Counted from the first letter of the stretch, positions 1 to 14,627 are shown. The stretch: 64,000 bases of DNA from the human T2T-CHM13v2.0 reference genome, Homo sapiens (GCF_009914755.1 NC_060930.1), one strand, 5' to 3'. Translations and numbers: made by a program. Notes: a model not told the origin generated them from the letters alone.

Positions 1-49
1 CTGGGACTATAGGTGTGTGCTACAACACCTAGCTAATTTTATTTTATTT

Positions 50-335
50 TTTTTTTGAGACGGAGTCTCACTCTGTTGCTCAGGCTAGAGTGCAGTGGTG
101 TGATCTGGGCTCACTGCAACCTCTGCCTCCCAGGTTCAAGGAATTCTCCTGCCTCAGCCTCCTGAGTAGCTGGGATTACAGGTCGCTGACACCACCCCCA
201 GCTAAATTTTTTTTTGTATTTTTAGTAGAGACGGGGTTTCACCATGTTGGCCAGGCTGGTCTTGAACTCCTGACCTCAAGTGATCCGCCCATCTTGGCCT
301 CCTAAAGTGCTGGGATTATAGGTGTAAGCCACTGA
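50..335 (-). mobile_element. Alu (S)
   Basis: Full antisense Alu consensus. Confidence 0.9.
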
Positions 336-419
336 ACTCAGACAAGTTTTATCTGTAAAATTTAGACTGGGTAAAAACAGCATAAAGACGTACAACTAAT
401 AAAAGCCAGTAGGAGATTG

Positions 420-730
420 TCCGGGTGTGGTGGCTTACGCCTGTAATCCCAGCACTTTGGGAGGCTGAGACGGGTGGATCACTTGAGGTCAGGGGTTCGA
501 GACCAGCCTGGACAATATGGTGAAACCCCATCTCTCCTAAAAACACAAAAAACAAAAAAAATAGCCAGGTGTGGTGGCAGGCACATGTAATCCCAGCTAC
601 TCAGGGGGCTGAGGCAGGAGAATCGCTTGAACCCAGGAGGCAGAGATTGCAGTGAGCCAAGATTGCGCACTGCACTCCAGCCTGGGTGACAGAGGGAGGC
701 TCCGTCTCAAAAAAAAAAAAAAAAAAAAAA
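420..730 (+). mobile_element. Alu (S)
   Basis: Full sense Alu with poly-A tail. Confidence 0.9.
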
Positions 731-852
731 TTGTTTTTGTAGCAATGAGTTCTCACCATGTTGCCCAAGTTGGTCTCAAGCTCCTGGCCTCAAACAATGC
801 TTCCACTCGGGCTTCCAAAGCACTTTGATTATAGGCATGAGCCACTGAGCCC
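731..852 (-). mobile_element. Alu left monomer (J/FLAM-like)
   Basis: Antisense left arm only; may be the partner of the right-arm end at 1-40. Confidence 0.75.
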
Positions 853-1375
853 TCAACTTTAATTTTTCAATCAGGAGCATGTAAGCTGAACCAATTGAGA
901 TGCCTATGGTATTGATATTGTTTCTGCTGTTATTTGTCAATCCTCTTCAGATAGGGCAAGAGCAAGATTAATTTTTTTCCTTGAAAATTGATGTGATGGT
1001 CTCCCACTGTAGGCTTTTTCTTTAAAATTGTCTCATCCCTTCTTAAACCAAGTTATCCATTTGTAAACTGCTGATTTCTTTGGGAAATTGTTCTCGTTAA
1101 CTTTTTGTAAATCATTAATGATTTCACCATTCTCTCACCAAAATTTCACCATAAATTTGATGTTTATTCTTGCTTCAATTTTAGCAGAAGTCATATTGCT
1201 CTGATAGAAGCTCTTTTCAAACTGATGTCTTAGCCTTCTTAGTGTCCCAATGTAGATCCTCTTCAGATATTTTATAACAAGTTAGTATGAGTTTATTTTG
1301 GTGCAAAAACAACTTGAAATCCATGCATAATGTTTTCATAATATGCATTTTCCATGAACTTTTTGAAGGCCCTTG
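853..1375 (-). mobile_element. HSMAR2 mariner transposon, 5' portion (TIR plus decayed start of transposase)
   Basis: Reverse complement reads CAAGGGCCTTCAAAAAGTTCATGGAAAATG (HSMAR2 TIR) next to TA at 1376-77; degenerate transposase start MTSAKIEARINIKFMVK from 1194 on the - strand. Confidence 0.88.
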
Positions 1376-1377
1376 TA

Positions 1378-1900
<523 letters not shown>

Positions 1901-1902
1901 TA

Positions 1903-2049
1903 CCATTGTTTTAAATATAATTTATTTGATTATGTCTCCCTAATTTAATTTTTAATAATAGCTGGACTTAATAACCAGCACTCAAGATTCCTGAAAGTTT
2001 AAAAGTTGACTCTTGCAATCTGGTATAAGCCAGCTCTAGCACACCACTG
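1903..2049 (-). mobile_element. MER63-like hAT DNA transposon fragment
   Basis: Ends ...gccagctctagcacaccactg, the reverse complement of the MER63 terminus cagtggtgtgctggagccggc. Confidence 0.65.
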
Positions 2050-3189
2050 AAGGTGTATTGTGCTGGGTGGGCCTGGAAGAAAGACAAACTAAACCTCTGA
2101 CACTGGGACTGATAGGGACGAGGAAGAAGCTGCTAGTCACTCACCCATGAAGGTAGAGTTGCCCAGTGGAATCTAATCCTGATCTGAAAACTGATCTTCC
2201 TAAAAGAAACTAAAAAACTAATCTAAGGCTAATCCCATGTGGAATCTTAGGTGTGTTTCCAGAAACTGTAGTTAAGACACACCAGTTTGAATGGGATTCC
2301 TGAGGACTAACTCAGAAGACATGCTGAGGTATTGAGGTAGTGGTGGTGGCAGCATTAGATTAATACACTGTAGAACTCCCCAAGAATTTAGGTCACAGGG
2401 AACTAGATTCTAGCCTCAGAGAAAGAGCACTGGTAGGAAATTAATGTGGTACCATGCCCAAGTCATTAGATTGAGCTTAGAGCAAGGTCTTGTACTCTGT
2501 CACTGGAGAGATCACCAGTTTTTGCAGAGTATGAAAGCAAAGACACACGATACTAACTACTCTGGAATAGACCCACGTACTGTTGTGGAACACTGTAACT
2601 TCAAGGAGACACCAAGAATACCAGAAGGCAGATTCAGCAGGAATGGATTGAAGGATATCTAGTTCTGATGGAATAGCATTTGAGATACTCTGAATGGCCC
2701 CACTCCCAATACCTTCTCTCCTACTGGCCGCCTGAAAAAACCTCCAAGTACTGAATATACTATATAAATAATATGTTAAATGCTTTTATATAGCAGGCAA
2801 AACTGTAAGGAATCTATGGAAACAACAACAAAGAAAAAAAGAAAAGAAAAGACTCCTGAAAGGTAAATGATTTCTGAGGCACGTTTTCACCCTAAGGGTC
2901 AACCTAAGGGACCTTGAATTTACATTTTGAGAAATGGTATGCAGAGGATAACAGATCGGCCTATGGTGAGGAATCTAATAGGTGATCCCTGCATAGAGCT
3001 AAGTTTCTAATGGCAACACTCTCAGTATACAAGTGAGCAAGAAATATGTCTATCTAAAGAAGAAGACATTGAAAACTTGCCTCTCTCAACTTTTGCCCTG
3101 GGAGAAGAGGAAAAAAAATTCTCTGAGAATTCATAAACTCAACCAAGTGCTTATGTGGGTCTAAAGCCAGATTCAAGCTAGTGATGCAT

Positions 3190-3363
3190 AGCGCTGCAAA
3201 ATTTAGCAAATAAAAATAGAGCATCCGTAGTTAAACTTGAATTCAGATAAACAATGAATACTTTTTAGTATAAGTATGTCCCAAATATTGCACAAAAAAT
3301 AATTTCTTGTTTATTTGAAATGTAAACATAACTGGATGCCCTGTATTCTATTTGGCAACCCTA
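3190..3363. mobile_element. MER53 palindromic MITE
   Basis: atttagcaaataaaaata...tagtataagtatgtccc...ggcaacccta matches the MER53 consensus as recalled. Confidence 0.75.
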
Positions 3364-3413
3364 CCAATGTAGTATGAAACGCCAAGTAAGGAATTTAAGT
3401 TGTTCCAGGTTAA

Positions 3414-3430
3414 TAGTGCCCCCTGGTGAC
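3414..3430 (-). promoter_or_regulatory. CTCF core motif match
   Basis: Reverse complement gtcaccagggggcacta versus consensus gccaccagggggcgcta; occupancy unknown. Confidence 0.5.
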
Positions 3431-3907
3431 ACAAATAAAACGATATTCTTTTTGGAGGAATGCAACTTCAAACCAGGCTTCAAAGAATTTCCTCAGATAA
3501 AGATCGAATACAAGCTCACAATGAAAAAAAAAAAACACAAAACATATAAGAAATAAAGGTAATGTAAGTATGAACCAGAAAGAAAGCCAGAAAGGTTATT
3601 ATAATAAAATATGCAAAGATTTCAGATATTAGAATGATCAAATATAGACTAGAAAATAATGTGGTTAGTATGTTTAAAGAAGTAAAAACCTGCAAACAGG
3701 AACAATAGACTAGAAAAAATTCAAGTAGATTTGAAAAAGAACCAAATGGATGGCCTAGGAATGAAAAATATAATACCTGAAGTTCAAAATTCAAAAGCTG
3801 GAGAAATAGCATATTAGACAAAGCTGAAGAAAGGATTAGTGAACTGGAGGAAACATTTAATGGGCTTGTTTAAAATTACGCTCAGAGAAACAAAGAGTTG
3901 GAAAATA

Positions 3908-4545
<638 letters not shown>

Positions 4546-5289
4546 TATAGAGAGTCTAAAGGGAATTGAGGACAAAGTCAGACTTCGTAACATAATTAGA
4601 GTTCTGGAAGAAGGAAAGAAAAAGATTATGGGGAAATAGACAATAATAAAATAGCAAATGGGTGCTTTTTCTAAACTTTTGAGAGATACCAGTTTTCAGA
4701 ATCAGGAAGCCCAATGTTTTCAAGCAGAATAAGTAAAATAAATTCATGCTTAGATTGCTAAAACTATAAAGCTCCAAAGATAAAGAGATGATTTTTAACA
4801 ATTGTCAGAGAGAAGAGAGATTATAACAGCATATAATTCAGGGCAGTAGTCGAAGTTAAAATTTTTGAAGGTCCTTGTGTTATTTGGGGAGAAGGTAAAG
4901 ACATTAACTTTAGATTTTTTTAAGTATGCCTGTTAATTATTTAGGATAACTCCTTTAAAACAATCAACATAGAGAATATCACTTCCAAATTAGAAGAGGA
5001 GAAAAAATGGAATGAAGGGGTTGCAGGGGGGACACAATCAATCCAAAATAAGTCAAATACATTGGAGAGGGGTCAACAAACAAGAGCCCAGTAATTGTGG
5101 AGAGTACACCAGAGGCCAGGGTTGAGGGATATAAAGTGCTAAGCCCTCCAGACAGTGGAATGAAGCCAATGATGCGTTTCTTCCTTTTGTCCGATTACAT
5201 CAAGGTCTTGGGGGCAAACACTTTGAGATTCAACCCTGGGATCTATGAAAGTCACATTTCCACAGAGAAAATGAGGCAAATATTGATTA

Positions 5290-5662
<373 letters not shown>

Positions 5663-6852
5663 TCAATTAATTTTTTTAATTATCTGGAAATTTCCTGGAT
5701 TTGCTACTTCACATTTTTAGCACAGATGAAATGAGGCCTCGGTGTGTGAACATGGATCAGTCAATTCATCATTTATTTTGGAAAAAAAATCAAATCTGTC
5801 CTATGTGCTAAGCAAAGTGTTAGACTCCCTTAAAGTGTTAACTATCTCGTAAGAGAATTATTTATAATGAAAGCTAAAATATTTTAATCACCCCAAAAGA
5901 GGTAAAAATAAAGCAGAGGAAGTTTTCAGAGTAGAAAGTATCCTTATTTGGTTGGAAAGATCAGATGAAGGGGATATATGAGATGGTCATAAAAGGAAAG
6001 ACTGAAACTTTTCCTTCAGGTGATACAGAAGGCATTTTAGGTGAAGTGAGTATCATACACTACAATATAGTTGTTGGACATCGTTTTCAAAGATAGTTAG
6101 GGAACAAAAAATTATTAATTTGATCCATTTGAAAGATGTTAGAGAATAATTATCAATGAGAAAAAAAAAGTGTGTAGAAATGAATTGTGGCAGGCCTCAG
6201 ATCCACAGCTGAAGAGCTCATACTTAATTTTACAGGAAACTGTAATAGTATGGGAGGCCTGCCTCTAAAGCTTTTCACAGATAGAAATCCGGCTTTCAAA
6301 GTGATACCCTTAACCACTTCGCCATGCTGCCCCTTGAACAAATGATGCCTATTTACAAGACACAGTGAGTTTTTGGGAATTTATTAGGCATTTGATAAAT
6401 ATTTGACCAATAGAAAAATGTCAGCACTGCTGATGATTTAGAAAACATCAAGTAAATAATAAACCCAGTGTAGTAAGGGCTTTGGGGAAGCAGATGCTTT
6501 TTATGCTACTTATTATTCTTAAAAAATACAATAAAATAAAATAAAGTAAAAAAATAAAAGTTTCAGGGCCCTGATGAGGTCTACTTGGTAAGTGGAGCGC
6601 CTGAGGAAGCCTGTAGCTTCAATCATGTATGGTAACCGGGTGGCTGAGCACCAATCTGGGTTGTGAGGAAATAGGGGAGAGGTATGCTGGGCCACATCCC
6701 AGCCTAACATGTGTGAGATTCCTTTTAGGAACTAACCTCATTAGCTACAAGGGTCATGCAGAGGCAGCAAAGCCTGGTGCGATGAGCTCAGCCTTCACTC
6801 ATTCATGAACACCATCACTCTTTTATTCAAATCTGTATATGGCTTTTTTGCT

Positions 6853-7143
6853 TTTTTTTTTTTTGAGACAGAGTCTCACTCTGTCGCCAGGCTGGAGAGC
6901 AGTGGCGTGATCTCGGTTCACTACAACCTCCACCTCCTGGGTTCAACAATTCTCCTGCCTCAGCCTCCTGAGTAGCTGGGATTACAGGCATGTGCCACCA
7001 TGCCAGGCAAATTTTTGTATTTTTAGTAGAGACGGGTTTTCACCATGTTGGCCAGGATGGTCTCGATCTCTGGACCTCATGATCCACCCACCTTGGCCTC
7101 CCAAAGTGCTGGGATTATAGGCATGAGCCACCGCGCCCAGCCA
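6853..7143 (-). mobile_element. Alu (S)
   Basis: Antisense Alu consensus. Confidence 0.9.
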
Positions 7144-7926
7144 GCTTTTTTGTTTTAAAAGTTAAATCCATTCTAATTACCCAAGCAATGCATGAATTCA
7201 TTATCCTTTTGAGAAACTAGGTTGTTATAAAGATACTGTCATTCAGCTACCAACCACTCCCCATTCCTGTCCCTTCCCCTCTTAATGGCTGTTATGTTTG
7301 TTATACTTCCATTTAGACTTTAATATTTTTACATACATATATGAACTCATTGGAAATAGTGTGTTTAATGCAAATGGTATATTGAATTGTTTAGCAATTT
7401 GTTTGCTTTGCTTAATGAAGTTTTTGAGATCTGTGCATGTTAGTTAATGTAGATCAGTCCATCCTCTGTAATTGCTGTATAGATTGTCATCATATGACTA
7501 CCATATTTTACCTACGCAAAAAAAAAACCAACAAAAATAAACAAACAAAAAACCCCCAAAACCCCATAAAATGGAACATTCCTCTTAATTTGATAAATTT
7601 GCTTTTGGTATATGGATCAAGAAAATGATACAAATGAAAGAGAAAAAAATCCAAGGATATTTGTAAGTGGATTCTACTGGAAATGCTCAAGATTTGGGGA
7701 CTGGTTAAACAAATGATTGCATATTAACACAATAAGGCATTATAATATAATACAAATTATTATATATATATAATACCTATTTGAGAGAGATATTTGAAAG
7801 ATATTAATTAAAAGTGGCATAGTATTATATATGGTTTATATATATATAAATTATGTCTATAAAATTTACTGTTACTCTGAAGTGATAAAAGAATGAAAAA
7901 AATCAGAGGACCTTGGGTAATTAATA

Positions 7927-8233
7927 TTTTCTTTCTTTCTTTTTTTTTTTTTTGAAATAGAGTCTTACTCTGTCACTTGGGCTGGAGTGCCGTGGCTCAA
8001 CCATAGCTCACTGCAGCCTCCACCTCCCTGGGCTCAGGAGATTCTCCCACCTCGGCCTCCTAAGTAGCTGGGACTACAGGTGCACACCACCACGCCTGGC
8101 TAATTTTTGCACTTTTTGTAGAGATGGGATTTGTCATGTTGCCCAGGCTGGTCTTGAACCCCTGGGCTCAAGGGATCCACTTGCCTTTGCCCCTCAAAGT
8201 GCTAGGATTACAGGCATGAGCCACCATGCCTGC
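7927..8233 (-). mobile_element. Alu (J)
   Basis: Antisense Alu with J-type diagnostics (ctgggctcaag). Confidence 0.88.
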
Positions 8234-9816
8234 CTTGTAGCTAATACTTTATAGTAAAGGAATTTTTGCAGTTTGGTTGGCTATAATTATTTTGTCCTTC
8301 ACTATATTACTAGATCAATCAATAGACAATGAAGATATTTGCCGTTTGAAACCACACAATATTTAGACAAAGAGCTTTTAGTTGGACCATGTATTCAAAT
8401 AGATGACCATCTGTAAGGAAATATTTTACTGTGTAAGGGAAAATAGACTCAAATTTCCTCCCACTCTGATTCTATTTCTCTCTAGTACTCTTAAAGTTTT
8501 ACTACTTTTTCCACTTCTTGTATCTTCTAATTCTTACAATATTCAAAGAAAACCTCATAGTGTAATTGTCAATTATACTCTAATTGGAATGCAAATAAGA
8601 TTAGCATTGCCAGTTAAGGCTTGTATGATGCCTGTTTTAAATATCAATTGCACAACTAAAAAACGAGGAATACTTATGCCAAATAAGCAATGAGATGACT
8701 AAGTTGAATAAGATGTAAAATCTGCTAGCCCAGATATTAATATCCTATTACTATAATCTATGTTAATATCTTCCTGAAAAAACAATTGTAACACACATTT
8801 TAGAATGAACAATGAGAAGTTTGAACATAAACTGCATCAATAATTTCCGGCACGTTAGGAAGATAATGAAACCAACAAATAGTAATATAGAGCCCTGATG
8901 ACCCAGAAAGTGAAATTTGATATCGCTCTTAATATTTTCCTTTTAGTATTCAGAAAATCTTACCAGGGAATAACAACAACAAATCATCAATGAAGAATGG
9001 TCTATTGGAATGTATAATGATGGTTTATATGATGTATATGATACCAAAAATAGTCAGCAAAACACAGTTTCAAACTAAGAAATCTTGTGAAATAAACTAT
9101 CAAAGAAGAAACTAATCCCTAGCACTAATCAAATTCAGGAAGCCTAATTAGAGCTGTTAAGCCTAATCTGCCAATCTGGCATTTGCTCAAAATGTGGTCA
9201 GGAACACTAACTACTTCAGTGTATAAAAATAGAGATTATCTCAAAATCCACAATATAAGACATCATTATCTTCTGAGTAAATAATACAAGCTAGAGTATA
9301 CCTCGTAATAAGTAAATGATCTCTTTTATTTTAACTGAAGAAAAAGAATCAATGTTCTGGATGTAAATGTCCTCAACAGTGTTTATTTCTTATTCTTGGC
9401 CAGAAAAGAAGAAATGCATTAAGTATGTAATAATTCAGGCAGCTGACAAAATGTAAAAAAAAAAATTCAGATTCTAATCGCAAAGATAGTGAAGGTCTTC
9501 CGTCTGCAGCCCTCTAATTTTCTAACTTTATATACCCTCTCTCGGTGACCTCATCCACATCCATAGTTTCAATGATCACTTGTACACCTATAACTTCCAA
9601 ATTGCCAAGAGTCCTTCCTCAGTGTCTTCCTCTCCTCCCAGCAAATGACTTCACTTATTTCCATCAAGCAAATTGACATCTTTAGAAAGTAGTTCCCTTA
9701 ATCACGACCCATCCAAATACTTACCAGGACCCATCTTTCCTTAACTTGCTTCCATCCTGTGTGAGATCACTGCCTTCATTTGAACAGACTCTATAGCTCT
9801 CACCCCCATTATTCAG

Positions 9817-10113
9817 TTTTGGTTTTTTTGTTTTTTTTTTTGACAGAATCTCACTTCATCACCCAGGCTGGTGTATAGTGGTGCGATCTCAGCTCACTAC
9901 AACCTCTACTTCCTGGGTTCAAGCAATTCTCCTGCCTCAGCCTCTCAAGCAGCCAGGACTACAGGTGCGTGCCACCATGCCTGGTGGAGTTTTTAGTAGA
10001 GATGGGGTTTCACCATGTTGGTTAGGCTGGTCTCGAACTCCCGACTTTGAATGATCCACCCGCCTCGGCCTCCCAAAGTGCTGGGATTATAGGCATGAGC
10101 CACCGCGCCCAGC
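9817..10113 (-). mobile_element. Alu (S)
   Basis: Antisense Alu consensus. Confidence 0.88.
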
Positions 10114-10659
10114 CAGTTTTTTTCCTTTACTGTCTCTCTTTACTGGTTCCTTTTTAGGATTTAAATAGAATTTAGCTCAATGTCACTCCCACCTCTGAAG
10201 ATCTAGTTAAAGGGACTCAAATTCTGATGGCATGTGAAAGTCTAGCCCCTCCCTAAGATTTCTGCCAATTCTTAGGGGTTTATAATCACAGGACTCTTTC
10301 AGCCTTTAGGCACAGGGGGTCCTCGTGTGCTCTGTGTTTCTCAGCCATCTCCTTGGTTTCCAGAACAAAATCATTCACAACTAAGAGTGGTGAACTTAAT
10401 TATTGACTTTATTGAAGGTATGTGAGATCCAGGGAAGGATCCCACTCCTCAGCACACACTGTCCGCCATCCTGCTCACTCCGCTCTCACCCCTCTCTCCA
10501 TTCTTCCACTCCTCATCCTCTTTGTTCTGGGCTTCTCTGGGAATACCCAATTCACTCTGCTTCTAATGTTCTGGCATCAGCCAACTCTTTCTCTTTCTCC
10601 ACATTATCAATTGCTGAGTTTCACTTACTATTGTCTTGCAAACTCTTAACTCTATCACT

Positions 10660-11120
10660 TTTATTTCATTTCTAGGCCAACACTGTTGTTTAGATTTCTG
10701 TCCCTTATACTTGGATTATTGTAGTATGGCAGTGAACTAACTGGGCTTGGGGCTTTGATTCTCTGTCCCCTCCAATAAATCCTGCACAGACCTGAAAGAT
10801 GTGTCTTTCCAGAGTTATCCTTCATCATGTCAGTTCCAAGGTCAGAGTTCTTGAACAAATTCCAATTCTGATGTAATAAAGTCCCATTTGCCTAGCCTGG
10901 CATTTAAGACTTTCCATAATCTGGTCCCAACCAAATTTTCCAGCCTTGTCTCCCAGTCCTCCATCACTCAAACCAGCCAAACTGGTAGACCCACTCTCTT
11001 TAGCATCTACCTGCACAGTCCTGTCTTCACAACCCTGGAATGTATTGTGCCCTTAATCCACTCATTTTCAAATCTGGTCTTAAATACTACCTCCCCTTCC
11101 AAGCCCTTCCTGGCTCTCTA
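10660..11120 (+). mobile_element. L2 fragment
   Basis: L2-type text (ctagcctggcatttaagactttccataatctggtcccaacc). Confidence 0.55.
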
Positions 11121-11200
11121 ACTGAGGGGTTTCCTGGGATATGGGACGTTCAGTGCTAAAACTGAACAGTCCTGGGCAAACCAGGACAGCTGGTCACTCT
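11121..11200. mobile_element. MER81-like hAT-Blackjack MITE fragment
   Basis: actgaggggtttcctgggat...ttcagtgctaaaact...gggcaaaccaggac...tggtcac. Confidence 0.65.
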
Positions 11201-11395
11201 GCCTGTGATATATTCAGCAAAAGTCCTGAGGGAGAACAGGGAGGCAGTGCTTTCTCGTGGTTGCCTACTGTGGAAATTCAAAATTTTTGTGGCAGAATTG
11301 GCTACAGAAAACTCAAATGAGGGAAAAGGAAGGTGAATGAGAACACTTGTTCCACCTAATAATAGGCCCAGGCTGAGACCTTAATAAACTAACTG

Positions 11396-11532
11396 ACTTC
11401 CTTTCTTCCTTCCTTCCTTCCTTCCTTCCTTCCTTCCTTCTTTAGTTCCTTCCTTCCTTTCTTCTTTCCCTCCCTCCCTCCTTCCCTCCCTCCCTCCCTC
11501 TCTCTCTTTCTTTCTTCTTTCCTTCTTTCTTT
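11396..11532 (+). repeat. (CTTC)n/(CCCT)n/(CTTT)n polypyrimidine microsatellite
   Basis: About 135 nt almost purely C/T. Confidence 0.95.
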
Positions 11533-12132
11533 TGAATTAAGAAGAGCAAGGATGAATAAAAAGGTGCATTTCAAGTAAAGGAGTTTTTAATAAGGATCTA
11601 AGTGGGTGGGAAACGTACAGATCTTAGGAGTGAGAGGAAAATCTAGATAGGTAAACAACATTTTCCTTTTACTGTTACTTTGGAAATAACCAGAATCAGA
11701 GCTGGTCACTATTAGGAAAAATAAATGAACACCAAAAGTTGAGGCCAAACTTTCTGGAGGATTTTCATGCCAAGTTGAAATTCAAGATGAGTTATAAAAG
11801 TTTGGTACAACAACAGCCGATTAAGCAGTCAGGGAATTGTGTTAGAGATTTGTAACATGCACATGTTATATTGTTTGAGAACATTAAGATCTGTTATAGA
11901 AGAAAACTGAAATTAATGAACTAAGATGTGTTACACATAGATAACTGGTTAGTAAGTAAAGTATGTATGTATATGTTAAATGTAGATGCATGTTAAAAGG
12001 GATGGAATGATAAAGAAATGCCTAATAATCATGAGTCATTGCATATATATGAGGCCCCTGTGGCCAGATGTACTTGTCCTTGCATCCTTCCAATAGAGCA
12101 AGTGGCTTAGGCAGCCTTAAATATATGGAACC

Positions 12133-13266
12133 CTTTGTTCAAACCTGAATTCTGGTCCTTGTAACCACACCACCAGAAGGGAAGGCTAATGAAGCAGCAG
12201 AGGGAGACAAGATGGATGAATATGGAGTTCCTCAGGATTCAGGTAGTGTGGCCCATTCATGCCACGAACATCCAATCCTAAGTATATTAATGTATGCTGC
12301 TTGTTTCCCCCTTTTCTCGCTATGTGTTTTAAGTTGATTTAATAAACTGTTGATGTGAACAGTTTAATTTGGTCTTGAAGTCTTTCATTTCCATGATCTC
12401 TGTGATAGCTTGTCTGGCAGTGGACTTGGAGGCTATGTGGCATTAGGATAATTTTCTACATGACATGATTTTAGAAAAATGTTCTGTCTGCCATGAAGGT
12501 GTCCTCTCTCCAATTGGCATTGTGTTATTAAATAAGTAGTCACTTTAATAAATAAGTTATATTTCTGGACAAATTTGAGGCTTGAGATCATTTATAATAA
12601 TTTATCTTGGTAAACACATTTATGGCTTATTTTTGGTTACTCAGATTATTTACATGTGACAATACTGTAATTGAATATGCTGGCTGTCTTTTCTTTCTTG
12701 CTTACTTTTTTCTTTTTCCTTTTATTGAAAATAGGCAGGGTACCAAGAATTACTAATTACAATATTCCTTCATTTCATGGGTAATGCTTGAGGAATGAAT
12801 TAGCGATGCAAATGTTGAGTCGATATCCACAAATGTAACAAGTTTATGATGCTAGAAGTAAATGTCCACAGGTATTATTAGATTTATGAGCAGGCAAAAA
12901 CAACAGCCAAAAGGCCTTCAAACCTCCAAAATCTCCATCCTTGGCTTCCATTAGAGTTGACTCTTTAAGATTAGGTTCAATCTCTAGAAAGTTCATTAAA
13001 TAACTAACTCAATAAACATTTATTTAGAAACTCCTGCATACTAGACTTTGGATGGAGACTATAAAATCCCTGCCCTCATGGAGAAGCAGGGGAAAGAAGC
13101 AGCATACATTAATATACTTAGAATTAAATGCTCGTGGCGTGAATGAGCCACACTACCTGAATCCTAGGAAACTCCATATTCATGCGTCTTGTCTCCCTCT
13201 GCTGCTCCATTAGCCTTCCCTGCTCATGGTGTGGTTACAAGGACCAGAACTGAGGTTTGAACAAAG
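12133..13266. repeat. Inverted repeat: arms 12133-12318 and 13081-13266 (186 bp, ungapped, 165/186 identical), spacer 762 bp
   Basis: Manual alignment of the reverse complement of arm 2 to arm 1 gives 21 mismatches and no gaps. Confidence 0.95.
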
Positions 13267-13470
13267 AGAAATCGGAGTAATTTAATGGCTAAGTGGCTGC
13301 CTGCATATCAGGTGTACAGAGTGTTTTCCTGCCATTATTTTTGCCAAAATAATTCACTGGGACTTAGTACATGAGCATAGTTTAGTTTGTGAGATTGACT
13401 GATGAAAAGTATGACCTGAGAAAAAGAGACAGGGCAGGTAGATTTGTGGGGAAAATAGACCTGGAAGTTC

Positions 13471-13779
13471 TTTTGTTTCATTTTGCTTTGTTTTTTTTTG
13501 TTTTTTTGAGACAGAGTCTGGCTCTGTCTCCCAGGCTGGAGTGCAGTGGCGCGATCTCGGCTCACTGTAACCTCTGCCTCCTGGATGCAAGCGATTTTCC
13601 TGCCTTAGCCTCCTGAGTAGCTGAGATTACAGGCATATGCTACCATGACCGGTTAATTTTTTTGTATTTTTAGTAGAGATGTTGGCCAGGCTGGTCTCTA
13701 ACTCCTGACCTCAAGTCATCTGCCCACCTTGGCCTCCCAAAGTGCTGGGATTACATGCCTAAGCCACTGTATCTGGTCC
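13471..13779 (-). mobile_element. Alu (S) with a small internal deletion
   Basis: Antisense Alu; TSD agacctggaagttctt / agaccttgaagtcctt. Confidence 0.88.
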
Positions 13780-14145
13780 CAGACCTTGAAGTCCTTGACC
13801 ATAGGTTGTATGTCATGATGGCACTTGGACATTTGATTTCTTTAGAGAAAAAGTCCCTATCTCATAAGATACAACCAAATAAGTTCAGAAGTAAAGAAGT
13901 AGAAGCCACTATAAACAATCCATAGAGGAAAGGAAACATTTAAATGAAAGGGAATGAAAGGAAAACATTTAAATCATTAGAGCAAAGAAATAAAACCACT
14001 AAGGAAAATTAATACATAAGACTACATACAAATTTTCAAATTCTGCACATTATAAACTTCTATATACTAATTAAAATACAAATAACAAACTAGGGGAAAT
14101 GTTTTCAGTATATATGACAAAGTATTTAAAGTAATCGATTTTCAT

Positions 14146-14627
14146 TCTACCAGAAAGACATGCACACATATATATTCATTGCAGCACTATTCACAATAGC
14201 AAAGACATAGAATCACCCTAAATGCCCATCAACAGTAGACTGCATAAAGAAAATATAGTACCTATACACCATGGAATACTATGCAACCATAATAAAGAAT
14301 GAAATCATGTCCTTTGCAGGAATATGGATGGAGCTGGAGGCCATTATCCTTAGCAAACTAACACAGGAACAGAAAACCAAATACTGCATGTTCTCACTTG
14401 TAAGTGGGAGCTAAATAATGAGAACAAGTGGACACAAAGAAGGAAACAACAGACACTGGGGACTATTTGAGTGTGGAGGGTGGACGCAGGGAGAGGATTG
14501 GAAAAAGTAACTAGCCTCCTATCAAGGTGGCAAAATTATATGTACACCAAGCTCCCGTGACATGCGTTTACCTATATAAAAACCTGCACATGTACCCCTG
14601 AACCTAAAATAAAAGTTAAAAATATAA
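14146..14627 (+). mobile_element. L1PA (older, about PA15-16-like) 3' end inserted in an older L1M
   Basis: L1 ORF2 end and 3'UTR (gcactattcacaatagcaaagac...aacctgcacatgtacccctgaacctaaaataaaagtt). Confidence 0.85.

Noticed and set aside
853-1194. HSMAR2 transposase as a functional ORF
   Set aside because: Early stop and frameshift, and truncation by Alus
3190-3363. MER53 hairpin as a miRNA gene (miR-1302-like)
   Set aside because: Diverged, the palindrome centre is partly deleted, and there is no evidence of transcription from sequence alone
6560-6830. GC-balanced segment between A-rich and T-rich flanks; considered as a 7SK or other RNA pseudogene
   Set aside because: No similarity to RNA genes I know and no TSD found; left unassigned
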